Source: Convolutriloba macropyga
Taxonomy: Eukaryota
Assembly (NCBI RefSeq): GCF_964194025.1
Contig: NC_134475.1
Span: forward strand, 19,158,001 to 19,222,000
Reading direction: 5' to 3'
DNA length: 64,000 nucleotides
Shown here piece by piece: positions 33,491 to 46,200 of the stretch. Within the stretch, counting starts at the first letter, position 1, and each line of letters opens with the position of its first letter. Made by a program: the position numbers and the translations under genes. Below the pieces are notes generated by a model. It was given only the letters and a program-made list of their open reading frames with translations, was not told the origin of the DNA and searched no databases.

Positions 33491-34480
33491 TGGATGCAGC
33501 TATTTCATGTTGTTAAAAAATAAAATGAAGGACATCATATACTGCTTGAATTTAGTGCTGCCGGGGATCTCGAAATGTATGAAAAATTTGGTCAAAAATT
33601 GAAAATTCCTTTAATTGAAAATTTTATCTATTATTTACCGCGTTTTTTAATCCGATCCAATTGGATCCTTGAACTGTCCTCTCTGATTGTATCCTGTTTT
33701 TCGATCTAATGAAAATGTGATGCACGGACGCTTTCTGATCTCGAAGTCTAAAAATTTTTGCCATGTTATTTTTTTGATGTTCATTTTTACTCGGAGGAAA
33801 TAACTCCATCTCTCTCAAACAAAATTTGTAGCATTTATCAGAGTCCTCCTGCCTTTTATTGCATTTTTTTATTACCGATGTTTCGTTTGATAGTTGTCGT
33901 CACCTGACCATTTGACTTTTGGGCCTCAAATTCAGCGAGCATAACGATATAGCCGAGAAGAGAAATAGCCATCACTAAAAAGTAATTTGGAATGATTTTG
34001 CGTTGGTGTGCTCCGCCAACTAATTTCCGGTAAACATTCTGCTACAAGGTTCTCTTTTATATTTCGATTTTCTTCTAATAGTTGTTTTGTTGTGTGTGAT
34101 TTGTAAGAACTTGTTTGTGCGTTTACAACATGTCTGTCTGGATTTCCTATAGATTTTTCCTAGAGATTTTGACAACTGATATTCTTGATTAATTTTTTCC
34201 CAAACAACTTGTGAAGCCATTGCGGTTGTCGAGTATCTTCTAATGTAACAATTGTTTGAAACTTTCCCGATTGACTGTATAGTCCTTGAATTCTTTTGTT
34301 TCGCATGTTTCAATTAACTCAATTCTAAGCAGCTGAACTGTACCAACTTTAGTTTACTACTAAAATTCAAATGAAAAGTTTGCGGAAATTGTTTTCCATT
34401 TTGTTTTTTAATTAATTGCATTGATCTCTGGGATCCTTTCCGTTTGTCCCTCCCTCAAGTAAGTTTTGCTTCCCCAGTTA

Positions 34481-34573
34481 CAGAGCACGTGCCATTATAT
34501 AGTATATTATATAGTATATTATATAGTGTATTATATAGTATCATTTTGTAAAAATATGGCACGTGCTTCTGGG
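34481..34573. repeat. Short inverted-repeat element with an internal TATATAGTATAT tandem
   Basis: CAGAGCACGTGCCAT ... ATGGCACGTGCTTCTG flanking about four 12-bp repeats. Confidence 0.75.
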
Positions 34574-35357
34574 GGTTGAAAAGGAAATAATATGCACCCA
34601 CTAAGCTGATAGGGGCACACCGAAAAGATCCGAACTATAATGGGCTCTAATAAAATTATTTGAAGCGTCTAAGTTTATTTATTGCCCCCATACTGTGAAG
34701 TCTACATTGAAATCAAGCTTACGCCTATCATTCGAGTGCGAGCGGTCCTAGTTTATAATTTTTGTTTTACGGCGATAGCTTGTTTTAAAGGTCCTGATCG
34801 ATTGTTTCAGCAACAATGGGCGAACGTTTACGAACGGTATTTCTCCTTGGTTTGTTTTATTTGATGGCTGGAGAGTTGTTTCTCCAGAAGTCTTAACGGG
34901 TTCTGGGGTACGTAACATAGATGACGAAGTAATATTTTTCACCGTTTCAGACGGGGATAGATACAAGAAACAAATGTCTATTAAAATTGGATTTTGTTGG
35001 CTTGTTTTCTGTGAGAATGATTTGTATACTGATCGCATCTTGAGCTTGAATCGAATATTTCGGCATTAATAGTAGTGCAACATCGTTATTTTAAGCATTA
35101 TATGAATCAGTTATAATTGCTGTCTAATTTTACATGTGGACATTTCAAAATCAATGGAGGAAGTTTGTACACAGCCATAATTGTTAACTAGATTTGATTA
35201 TGAAAATTTGAAATTAATTTTTGTCGCATTTCCATGTGGTACGCTTGCTCGGGTCGTTTTATGAGCTACTTAGCTAATCTAGCAAGTCAGTCAAGTTCAC
35301 TGTTTTTTAAAATAGTGGGGTGAGACATCTGACTTAGTGATGCCCTATTTCAGTTTT

Positions 35358-38300
35358 ATGGTACTTCAATCGTCGTTCAATGCTGGAGTTCAATGTAGGA
35401 CTCTCTTCAGAAAAGTTCCAAAGCGGGGTAAAGTGAAATCTTCAGAACTGCTGCGTCATTATCTATCTGTGCACAACTATCCACCTTGGACTGCGTTTTT
35501 TGTGCTTCAGAAAGACATTAATGACGACCATTATCCCAAAGCGCACTACAATTTCTCGATAGTTGATACAGTTGAAACGGAAGTCAATTATCATGTCCTG
35601 AGAACACGCTGCTATCCTTTTGTCAAATTCCATTGTTCGAAGCGAACACCACAGGTTAGTTTGTATTCTAGCGTTTTTTGCTTCGTTGCTCCTATGCATT
35701 TTAAGCTCAGAAACATTACTGAAATTTTCTTGCATCAAGTATGATAGAACATCTCTTGCAAAATAGATTTTTTTTATATTCAGAGGCCGGTAGTGCAGAT
35801 GAGGTGGTACAGTTTATGCTGTAGTCTGTTGCTATCAGTCGTCACACACCGGTCCGTCTGTAATTAGTATGTCTAACAATTGACAACGTAGTTTGACTTG
35901 GTTCTTGATGTTAAGTAACTCTCCTTTCAATAAACATTCACAACGTTAGTATTTCCAACGTTGAGGTATGAACAATTGTACCTGCAAATTGGCCCAGCCA
36001 TCAGTCAAAATAAAAAGCGATGTACCGTCAGGCTCCTGAAAGCCCTAGCTTATGATTGTGGATACGAAGCTCAACAAAACTGCACTACGTCAACCTATAA
36101 CCTTTTGGAAATTAAAACGGAACTGTTTGGATAGGAAACAACAATTGAAGTTAGAGGTCGAAAATTACCTAAGATGGTAAAATCTTTCGATGTGGAAACA
36201 CCTTTACTCCAAAACAAGCAGAAATACTCAGCTACAGGACGCCGCAGGCCTAAAATGTAAAAAGACACTTCGCAAAAAACTGGTAATCTGCAAACACTCA
36301 GGAAATGTAAATTCTAGATAGAGACGTCTGTTTTAGCATCAAAACATTGTTTTTTTTTCAAGATGCTGCGAAAAAGGTGAAGTTATTTAGCTGAAGTTTG
36401 AAAGAGATACAACAGGGGAAAATATTTGAGTTCTCAGAGGAAACAAAAAGCCTGAGTGGGTAACCTTCAATTACGAAATACTTAGTTGCATTTAAATTAT
36501 GATAAATTTTATCAAAGAGTTTTTATAAAATATGTTTTGACTATACGCGAACTCTTTAGTTTGATTTTTTTTGAATTATACACGATTTTGATTGAGCTTC
36601 ATCAGTATTTATCCATAACTCTTTGAGAAATAAATTTTTTTTACATCTCAAAGTAAATTCATGACCTCTGATTCAAAGGTAACTTTTTTCATATTATACT
36701 TTTCCCAACAAGAACATTTTGGTCGAAAACAGGGGTAAATGTGGCTGTAGAAGCTTCTTCAGTCTAAATAAAACTAATATTCTCATGTTTTATTAGAGTA
36801 ATCTAAAACGAACCCAAAAATCATTAAGCAAACAGCAGCTCCAAGTCACGTGTATTCAGTGAAACCCATTCGCTAACTTTCACCAGCTGAGGGGCTGGCA
36901 AAAGTTAGCAATTGTGATTTGATTGTTCCAAAAAATGCCAATTTTTTACTGCTTTAGATATTAAAATACAAAGCATAAAAAATATTTAAGTCTATTTTAG
37001 GACAAAGTAGCAGTAAAAGTTATGCAATCTTAAAAAGAAAGAGCTGTTTTCTTCTTCAGACCTTTTTCTATCTGACAACAATGATTTAATATGAAGTTTT
37101 TGGTAGCTTCTATATACCCGTGAACTTAAATGTGAAAGCTCTCTGAGGCAGCTTAAAAAATTGTAATAGTTTTATGCTGTAGTTTTGGTTTAATTAATCC
37201 GCTAAGGAATATATTTTATTAATATATCTAAAAGTTTAAATTGTCAAAAAATTCAAAATTCCATAGAACCATCAGCTACGTAAAAAAAGTTCAAAAGAAA
37301 GACGTTATACTTTACTAGAGAGCATTTCAGACGTCCTAGTTTTTGGACAGAAAGGCGAAACGTTCATCAAAAGAGAACTAAAAAATTCAAAAACTGCGTT
37401 AAGATGATTAACAACATAGAGAGACCGAACATTTGAAGTAAGAATTGTTTTAAACTGCTTTAATATAAAAATGAAAAGATCATGCCCGAACAAAATTTCA
37501 AAAGTAAAATGATGTTTTGAGAAATGTGTCGTTTCTAAATAGGTAATCTCCATAAAAATAACTGAAATTGAACGCACTAAAGCTGCCTCTTTCCAATACG
37601 AACTGTCATCATTAATGATAATCAGGAGAGCTGCCAAAAAGCACTATGAGAAGGAGAACTAGAATAATGTCGACAATTTTTTAAAAACAAATATTTTTTG
37701 AAGTAAAAAAATTTATCATAATCGTAAGAGGCGAATCACACAGTTGAAGCTAAGCACTTATCGAAATAGTTGGTTGGTTTTTAATAACAGTGGTGAAGAA
37801 TTCTGATCATAGTGGTGAAGTCAGCAAAAGCTCGCGAACATTTTCTCTTATCGCCAAAAAAGCCGTTCGATTTCTGAAGCTTAATGTTGTTTGTTTCCAC
37901 CTGTGCTACCTCAGTTGAGTTAACTTTTCTGCTACCTGATGTGCCCCATCAAGTGTGACTTCGAATTGAACTTCAGATCAAAAATTGTGAAGACTTCCTT
38001 AAAAAACATTCTAAATTATGAAATTAGAACTCAATTACAGCTGACGGAGAACGTGGAGCTGCTCCTAACATCTCATATTTGTTGTTGTTCGGATGAATGA
38101 CACAAATATGAGAAAAAAATCATAAGCGCCTCAAAGGCGATCAAAATTTCAAAAATGTTGAAACAAATTCTGATTTTTTAATGTGCCAGTGTAGTCCAAA
38201 AGAGTGAAAATGTACACAATGCAGAAGAAGTCCTTGTTCATTCGTGGAGGTAAATGCTTGCGTTCTTATGATCTTGTGCTGACTTTACAAAATGGCAGTG

Positions 38301-38534
38301 CTGTTTTAAGGAGACTAGTGTTGGTGATCTGAAAAAAATTGGTTTCAGGATTTGTCGGTGGAGAATTATCTATTCACAGTCCTGAAGATTTTGAATTTTG
38401 GGTTTCCTTGTCTGCTGTACGGACTAGCGGGTCGCTTTCTAGCTAAATACGAAGAGTTTGTCTTCATAGAAACAACTGAGCAAACTGTTCGTCTGTTATT
38501 TTGGTACAAGGAAGACAAAGGCAGTCCTTTCTAG
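35358..38534 (+). CDS. C15orf61: C15orf61-like (DUF4528) protein; exons 35358-35654 and 38349-38534
   Basis: SSELLRHYL...PPWTAF...NYHVLRTRCYPFVKFHCSK...Q|DL...LKILNFGFPCLLYGL...KEDKG matches the family; GTTAGT donor, TTTCAG acceptor, phase 0. Alternative ATG at 35340. Confidence 0.88.
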
Positions 38535-38543
38535 TGTGGAACA

Positions 38544-39793
38544 ATGTCGGAAACAGGAAATGTTACAATATGTCTTCTCTGTGGTTTACCAGGTTTGTTG
38601 ATTTCCCTGTTTTGTTTGTGAATTCCCTGAAAAATAATTATTTCACTTGTTTTTACCTGAAGACCCTAAATTGAGATTATTCTGAGTATCAAAATCAATC
38701 GCGCTTTCTTGCCCAGTTTCGACTTGGTGTAAAGCTGTTGTCTTTAATACTAAAGTTGAATGGTGTGTGAGTGCATCCATATTCAGTTACTGTGCGTACC
38801 GATTAATTGTTTGGTGCATAGTAATTTTATAAGCTGTCAAAAATTGCCTGTGTTTAGCTTGTTCGTCTCTATAGAGTTCACATCGTTTCAGGAGCTGGTA
38901 AAACGACGTTAGCTCGGCAACTTGTCGATAGATTGTCGGCGATGTTTAGTTTTACTTTGTATCATTATGATGACCTTATTAGTGTCAACTCTGATCTCAG
39001 CCTCAGTTCATGGAAAGAGCGCCGTAACGAAGTATTGAGAAAGTGTCGTAACGATATTGAGGATTCAAATGCGACTGAAACGAAAGCTTCTCGTGTGTTT
39101 CTAATTGATGACAATATGTACCTGCAAAGTATGCGATACAGCTATTTCCAACTTGCGAGGTTTTTGACTGTTGGTTTTTGTCAGATTTTTATCGAATGTC
39201 CTGAACAATTGCTGAAGCAGAGACTTAGAGAAAGAAACAAATCGAAAGAGTTTGAGCTAATGGGAATTTCGGAGGAAACGTTTTCGCGAATGTCTATAGC
39301 CTTCGAACCACCAAAAGTGCAAGTCAATGGGTGGGAATCGAACACGGTTACCGTGGAACCAGATAAGAAAATTGAGACAACTTTGGCAATGGTCGAGGGA
39401 TTATTTTATCACTCTATGAAATATCCAGTTCAACCTGTGCCTGATCGAGAAAAGATTGTTTGTGGGGTCGACTCTTTTCACCACCGGGCAGATCTTTTAT
39501 TGAGAACTATAATTAAAGCTAGAATAGAAGAGAGCGACCCAAAACTGAGAGGAAACATTGCGAAGAGCTTGACTGAGAACAAAAAATTGTTGCTCGAGTC
39601 ACTTCGAAAGAAATCGTTGGCTGATTTTTATCTATGTGAACATTTGGACTCTGTGGACCAAATATGCAGAGATAAAGTTATGTATGCTTTGGAGGTTTTG
39701 GACTGGCCCTTGGATAAATGGGACCCACCGGATGTTTGTGAACAAGTTGTGACTGAATGTTTTGTAACATTGACGGGAAATAGCTCATCTTAA
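38544..39793 (+). CDS. PSTK: L-seryl-tRNA(Sec) kinase; exons 38544-38592 and 38892-39793
   Basis: Splicing builds Walker A CLLCGLPG|AGKTT; also YDDLI, LIDDNMYLQSMRY...LAR...GFCQIF, FEPP...WE and HRADLLLR. Confidence 0.9.
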
Positions 39794-39925
39794 TACGAGT
39801 AATATCACTCAATTGAATATAATATCAGATATCATCTTTAAAATTTAGTTATGGATAAATTTTGCATTTATGATAAATTTTAGTGTCAGTAGTATATTTT
39901 TTCTAGGCATGTTAGTTTTCTATAA

Positions 39926-40266
39926 TTAATTGCTCTTGAACGAAGTTTATAGCAATTATTGTTAACGTGTTGGTCTTTTTGATGCAATTTTTTCGCTAGC
40001 GCATTTTGCGCTTTTCTTCTAGAACATTCTTTGACTTCTCAAGTGACTTTTTCACGCTTTCGTTCTTCATTTTTGGGTGACCTTTATTGCTCTTACTCCG
40101 AAATAAAGCTTGTTGCTAATATAAAGTCGGTTGCAGCGTAAAAATCAGGGCCAAATAGTGCAGATGGTTTTGAAGCGGGAGGTCATTGGTTCGAATCCCA
40201 GAGGGGGCAAATGTTTTTCCATCCGCCTGCCGTTCGAGAGCAATTCTTCCGACATTAGTCGGTTTA
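39926..40266 (+). mobile_element. HINE-like family A copy with tRNA-like Pol III A/B boxes, between PSTK and CDC45
   Basis: Family A termini with hairpin CCGAC-ATTA-GTCGG; A box TAGTGCAGATGG 40156-40167; B box GGTTCGAATCC 40188-40198. Confidence 0.8.
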
Positions 40267-40293
40267 TGTTTATATTTGTTTTCAGGTTTAAAA

Positions 40294-43200
40294 ATGCTGA
40301 CAAAAGAACTGAAGAAAGACTTTTATGTGAAATTGCAGAACAAAAGAGTGATAGTGCTGGCAAGCTATGAAGTTGATAGTGTGGCTGCTTGCAGAATTTT
40401 AATCAATCTGTTCAAAACAGATAGTATCCAATACACTTTAGTTCCAGTCTTTACATCTGACAATATAGAGCAAGCTTTTCTGGAACATAATGCGCATTGT
40501 AATGACTTCCTCTTCATCAATTGTGGAGCAACCATTGACCTCTTGGAACTTCTGAGTCCTGGAGGCATGATCAACTTCTACATTATTGACGCTCATAGAC
40601 CTATTAGTGTGACTAACGTGTTTTCTGAGCAGATTCACGTTCTCATTCGTGATTCGGAACCTATTGAGGAGATCCCGAAGTTTGATGACGTTTTCCGCGA
40701 TGACGACGAGGATGATGACGAAGGAATTGAGGAGGATCCCAATGCTGAAGATGGCGAGTCCTCCGAAAATGAAGGTGAAGGCGACGAGAATCGAGATCCC
40801 GAAAGTGCAACTGATCCTAGCACTGGGTTCTCGAGAAGGCGAAAGAAGAAAGGTTTCGACGATGAGAAATATCTCCGATTGGCAAAAAAGCAGCGAGAAA
40901 GGCGTCAATGGGAGGACAAACGAACACAAATTTTACGAACCTACGAAGAGTCAACATTTTTCAGTTGCTCCTCGGCGGAAATATGTTACGAATTGTCTTG
41001 GCTGCTTTCGAAAGATACCAACAATCTTCTGTGGTTAGCTATTATTGGTCTCACAGATCAATACTTCTTGAATCGGGTTTCAAAAAGTGGAACCAACTAC
41101 CTCAACGAACGTGACTTTTTAGGATCACACGTACGTCGTCTCAACAATTGGCTGGAAAATGATTCAAGTTCAATCGTATCTGTTGACTGTATGAAAATAA
41201 GTTCCGAGAAAGAGCTGAGAATTTATCTTTACAGACATTGGACTATATGGGAAAGCTTTTACAACTCACTTTTCACCATGTCTCAATTTAAACTATGGAG
41301 CCTTAAGGGTCAACGAAAGCATTTAGACTTTCTATCGTCTATTGGATTGTCATTACAGAATTGTAAACGTAAGTTTAAGTGTATCGATACGAAAGTGAGA
41401 ACCGAATGCAGCTCCAAAATCATTTCAACATATGAAAGGTTGTTCAGGCAAGGTTTGAAATCGAACATATGGTTTAGTTCGTTCACAGCCCAGTATGGAG
41501 TTATGAACAAGTTCAGTGCCCTGGATGTGACTATAGCTATGAATGCTCTATTGGAGGACCCGGCGACTGTTGCTAGCTCGACTGAGAAGTTCATGAGGGC
41601 ATTAGATGCGTTGTCATATACAAATTGTCAAATGGTGGCTGATTCGATTGACAAAGCCAAATTTCTACTTCAAGCTGTATGTGAACAGGTAAATTTGTTT
41701 CAACGTGTTGCGCTCACAAAATACTATTGGTTCCAGATAGTTTGTATGGTTTGAGAAACTTTTTCTGACTTTCAGCATCGTGTTTATTGGCATCAACATT
41801 TTTTTGTATGCGTGAACAAACAGATTGTCAGTTTTTAAGCATCGTAAGTGTAACTTAAACTTGAAAAAGGATTGGTAATGTGAGAGCACAAGACGTTCCA
41901 AACTTCTCAATGCGGAACCATATATCAAAGTTAGGAGCAAGACAAATTCGTCTGTTAACAGTGGATCTCAAGTGTGAGATGATTTTTAAGGAGGCGAGTT
42001 TCCAAACAACTGATAGAATTCTGAATTGTTCGATCAGTATTAAAATAGCTTTAACTAATCACAAGATTTGAGCTTAACCAAAGCAGTCCACTTCATAATT
42101 AGCTACTGACATGTAAACGAAATATTAAATATTAGAAAATCATGCTATTCGACAAATCTGTAATTAATAAATGTAGTACTAACAAGGAGGCTCGCTAATG
42201 TGCGTTCGCACATAAAGTTCCGACCCCGCTCATCCATATTTTTGGTATAAACGTCTACCAAATGAGGAACGGATAGAAAAACCCCAAAAATTATTTTTCA
42301 AAAGAAAGTGTAAGACAAAACAATTGCCTCCAACGCAAAAAGCTCAGAGGAGTACAAAATGACGCATTAGACTGATGAGATCAGCAATTATTAAAAAAAG
42401 CAAGTTAAGAGGAACAACAAAATCAAACAACAATAACAACAAACATTAATTACATCCAAAACTTATTACCATTAAAAAAAAACTTTTTAACAAGGTCAAA
42501 ATAGCGTCAGATAAAACTAAAACTAAACAAAATAACTTGTACTACAATAAAAAAAAACATATCAGACGACTCCATAATAAGGCTTGGTAACAATTGTAAC
42601 AATTAGACAAAAAAGAACAAAAAAACAGCAAAGTTAAAACGTTGCCTTATAATTTTAAAAACAATTTATTTTTAAGTAATGAAAACCATTAAAAAGTAAT
42701 TGAAAACAGCCAACATGTTTTTGATCAAATACGCTACTACAGGAGGGCATTAAGACCTGTCATCAGTAAATTTTTTATGTGGTTGCAAAAAGAACAAGAA
42801 ATAGGGACAGCAAACAAAAATTCGACTAAAACGCTGTCGAAGCCGTAGCGCCATATTTTGCCCCTCAAAATATGTTCTTTTAAGCCTTCCTCGAAAGCCA
42901 ATAATGTGGTATTCGACCTCCAATTAATAGGAATATGTAATAAGTAGATAAAACTGCCTAAAAATTAAAAAAAATTGTGAAATCCAGTACAATCAAAGCC
43001 AGAAAACCATAACTTAACGCGTAAAACCGAAAAAAAGGTTTAAATTTTAGTTAAGCAGAAAGAAGAGGCATTCTTTGTTTGCTGACACTACAAGTTGACC
43101 AAATTAAGAGTAAAATAGTGACAAAGTTTAATAAGTCACTTTATTTAACCTTTTTAAGTCAAATTAAAACATTTTTAAGTCAAAACGACCATAATCTTTC

Positions 43201-46200
43201 GATTGAAGAAACTAGACATATTAAGTTGGGAATGGTTAGAAATCCAATGGAACCTATCGACTGTGAGCTTTGATTTGAATCGTTCTGTTCTTAACTTAAC
43301 TTAAAAATGAATGAATTTTTTTAAAAAAAGACTGACTGATTACAATCCGAATATTTGAATATTTTTTATAACATCCGATTATAACAGTCCAAGATTGGAG
43401 TAGAACCAGCCCTGCTATTGCTGTTCGTCCGTTAAGAAAACTCAATTTTTTCGAATGTTATATATCTTGATAATTTGTCAGTTAAAAGATCAAAAATAAA
43501 TGCTGCGTTTTTGATAATCACAGAGTAAAGTTAGCAAAAAACGACAAAAATTTAATCCAGACTACTCCCAAAAAAGGCTGAATTTTGAAATATTTATCCA
43601 AAACTTTTGCCATAAAAATTGATTCAAAATAGTCAACAATACTTTATTGTCTTTAAAAATAAAATCAACAGTACTATTGTTAATAATTTTTTCATTTTTT
43701 TAAGCTAAATTGAAATTTTAGGCAAAAATTCCGGAAAATGTGATTAAAATGAACGCAAATCGGTCTAATGTTCACAAAAATTTAAACCACGATAACTCGC
43801 TCTAGAAAAGGAAGTTCATAAAAATCTTTTTAATTCCATATTCTACTCTGGACGGGCTGTTTAATGATACCACTCACAACTCTCTACGATTAATATATCG
43901 ATCGGACAAAATTGTCTGAACAAAAAAACCCAGTTGAGTATAGACTTCCTCCGTCTCCCCCTTAAGAGGGGTCGGAAAAATTATGGAAAAATATAGAAAC
44001 CAGCTAATTTTATTTCAACTGCTTAGCATAATTGAGACATGCTTTGTCAATTTTTTTTACATTGTTTCTATTGAAATGTTATTATTGATTGTTTCCTCAG
44101 ACAGTCAGTCTCTGCAACAAGTTTTTATCTGCGCTCTAAATCGCTGTTATTTTAGTGGAGTGAGTGTTAGTAGAGCTGGACGCCTGGTTCCATTTTATGA
44201 TGAAAGTAGTAGTCATTTTTCCAACTGTTTGAGCTTCCTAGCTGCATAGAGCAGGAGGCAGATTGAAGAGAGCGATTGTGAGCTCGTATATCGTAAAGAT
44301 CTTGTAATCTTTCGTGTGCGGGCAAATTCTTTGTTTAATGCACCTTTGTTTGTTTCAATTGCGGCATTTCAGAACGGCGTACTTCAACTAATTGAAAATT
44401 CTCATGAAGGCAGATCTGTTGCCAATTTTTCTCAACTGTAATTTTAATTTTTTACCAGCATAGGTTTTCTTGAAAAATGAAAGTTTTCGGGACAACATAT
44501 AATTCCGGAGATCTGAAAGTGCTTAGGTGCAGAAGAACTTTACTCTAACCTTTAAGGAGAACAAATAGTGTCAAAGCTCATAAGTTTTACTATTTTACAA
44601 AAACACGTCAAAATTTCAATGAAACTCTAAGACATAGGTTGGAGACTCCAAATGAGGTGATAGGTACCTGTTTAATGAGACAAGGGAAACTCATTAATAA
44701 GATTTGAAATCAGACAACAAAAAGAGGAAAATAACTGGCAAAGCCCAAAAACTAAAATTCAATTAGAGTACTAATGGTCAGTCACGAAAACCAAAAAATA
44801 AATTAAGCACTTGAGAAATATAAACTACTGCTTAAGTAAAGGCCAATTCGAGCTGTCATTATTGGTACCGTGTTAAGAATAAACAGAACAACAGTTGACT
44901 TCAACTCAAAATTTCATGAATGTTTTGGAAATAAATGGCTGTGAAGTTATCAAAAACAGTTAATATTAATTAAAAAGGTAAAGAGGATAAAAAATGACTC
45001 ATCGGAAAACTGTGGAGTCTTGTCATCAATAAGATGAAGTGATTGGTAATACAAACAACAAAAACAGCGAATGCTGCCTATCTTCAAATATTCACAAATT
45101 TTCTATGAAAAAATTGTCAAAGCTACAAAAACCATTAGTTGTCAATTGAGGGATTCAATTAACTGCTCCAATAAAATCTTTTGATCATTTTTGATAGCAT
45201 TCAAGAAAAGTCTGACCGAGAACACGGTAGTCAAATTCCAAAATGTGGACAATGAAATCGCTCTTTAAAGTCGAAAAACTTGAGACGCAGTTTCTCACTA
45301 ATTTGAAAATTATTGCAATAAAATTAATCGCTCTTTGGCTGTCCGAACTTTCTTGCTGTGCCCAGAAACGCCACGCCTATTTCACTATGATCAGTCCAAT
45401 ATGACTTCGAAATTGTAAACAGATCATGAAAAACGCTAGCGCCCCAATACGGTTCAAACTGTTTTATATGATCAAGAGAAGGGGCAATAAAAGCTCTGCA
45501 GAGCTATCGCTATCACAGCAATTAAGAATGACTGGCAGTTCACAGTAAGAGCTAAATTCGATTTTTTCAAAAAAAAATGTTCTCATAGTGAGAAGACAAA
45601 TGTTAAAATTTTCGGCCTCGTTATTTCTCAATAAAAAGTTGATATAATTTTCAGAAGTTTTCAATGATAGCACTTTTTTAAACCTAAATCGGCATGTTGA
45701 TTTTAAAAAGCCATAAAGTTTCAAACATCCAAATTAATTTGGATATAGCTATTTGATTCTACGGGGTCGGAAGGAACAGAAAATTGTGAAGCGTTGAGTT
45801 TTTACTGAATCAAGATGATTTGATTTGCAGAAAACGTACATGTTAAACGGCATTGGACCTGATGACGTTGAGCCAAAAGTGTCGGCTCATTGACGTCGTG
45901 TTTTGATCTTTAATTGCGCTCTAACTATATTTAATTGCGCTCTAACAAGAATTATTGTAAACATTTTGATCTTCTGCAAAGTTTTTGCTTGAACTTTTTG
46001 ACTTTTCGAATGCCTTCTACGCCGTTGAGTTCTAATTTGCTCGGTATAAATTTCACTCTCATTCACACGTGTAAGTAGCTGAAATCAGTGGTGGAAGTTC
46101 AGTACTAAAAGTGAAATGTAATTTAATTGCGCTCTAACGATATATGCAAGCATTTTTGTAAACATTTTGATCTTCTGCAAAGTTTTTGCTTGACCTTTTT

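Noticed and set aside
33560-34330. Minus-strand coding remnant (97-aa ORF)
   Set aside because: No recognisable domain or convincing splice sites.
40148-40210. Functional tRNA gene (also about 16089 and 51740)
   Set aside because: A/B boxes are present, but I could not build a full cloverleaf with an anticodon arm, and all three sit inside repeat termini.
40186-40293. N-terminal extension of CDC45 in the ORF track
   Set aside because: It starts at TTG inside a mobile element; CDC45 similarity begins at ATG 40294.
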